A program made the translations under genes and the position numbers. DNA of 64,000 bases from Octopus sinensis (taxonomy: Eukaryota), in NCBI RefSeq assembly GCF_006345805.1, contig NC_043000.1, forward strand, positions 12,648,001-12,712,000, written 5' to 3'. The stretch's first letter is position 1; every line of letters starts with the position of its first letter. Positions 63,795 through 64,000 of this stretch are shown one piece after another. A model generated the notes under the pieces. It did no database searches and was not told where the DNA came from. It saw nothing but the letters and a program-made list of their open reading frames with translations.

Positions 63795-64000
63795 GTGAAG
63801 GCGCGTGGCTTAGTGGTTAGGGCATTCGGCTCACGATTGTAAGGTCGTGAGTTCGATTCCAAGCGACGCGTTGTGTCCTTGAGCAAGACACTTTATTTCA
63901 TGTTGTTCCAGTCCACTCAGTGGCAAAAATGAGTTGTACCTGTATTTCAAAGGGCCGGCCTTGTCACACTGTGTGTCACGCTGAATCTCCCCGAGAACTA
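63795..64000 (+). mobile_element. tRNA-derived SINE, head C with the TGTACCTGTATTTCAAAGGG tail (runs off the window)
   Basis: GTGAAGGCGCGTGGCTTAGTGGTTAGGG head and GAGTTCGATTCC B-box. Confidence 0.9.

Noticed and set aside
7570-63870. tRNA genes
   Set aside because: A/B boxes are present, but they continue into SINE bodies and tails with TSDs; I could not fold a complete cloverleaf.

Overview
Eukaryotic, AT-rich and microsatellite-dense DNA. The SINE repertoire and simple-repeat load suggest an octopus (coleoid cephalopod) genome; this is inferred, not proven. No intact protein-coding gene is visible, and nearly all supplied ORFs are translations of (CA/TA)n repeats or SINE heads. The window is mostly dispersed repeats: several tRNA-derived SINE families with interchangeable heads and tails, LINE remnants (CR1-type, RTE-type, Hero, and Dong/R4 inserted in TAA arrays), a decayed Tc1 transposase, and MITEs (piggyBac-, hAT-, Merlin-, Tc1- and Helitron-like). 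The main unannotated signal is a set of minimal type I hammerhead ribozyme folds in Penelope-like fragments, several of them next to (TA)n arrays. They include non-canonical cores: a compensatory G3-C8 swap (GUGAACA) and a recurrent U4C variant (CCGAUGA). Also noted are long palindromes and template-switch rearrangements, a visible rise in CpG content after about 57.8 kb, and several short minus-strand ATG-to-donor segments that may be alternative first exons of a large host gene (low confidence).
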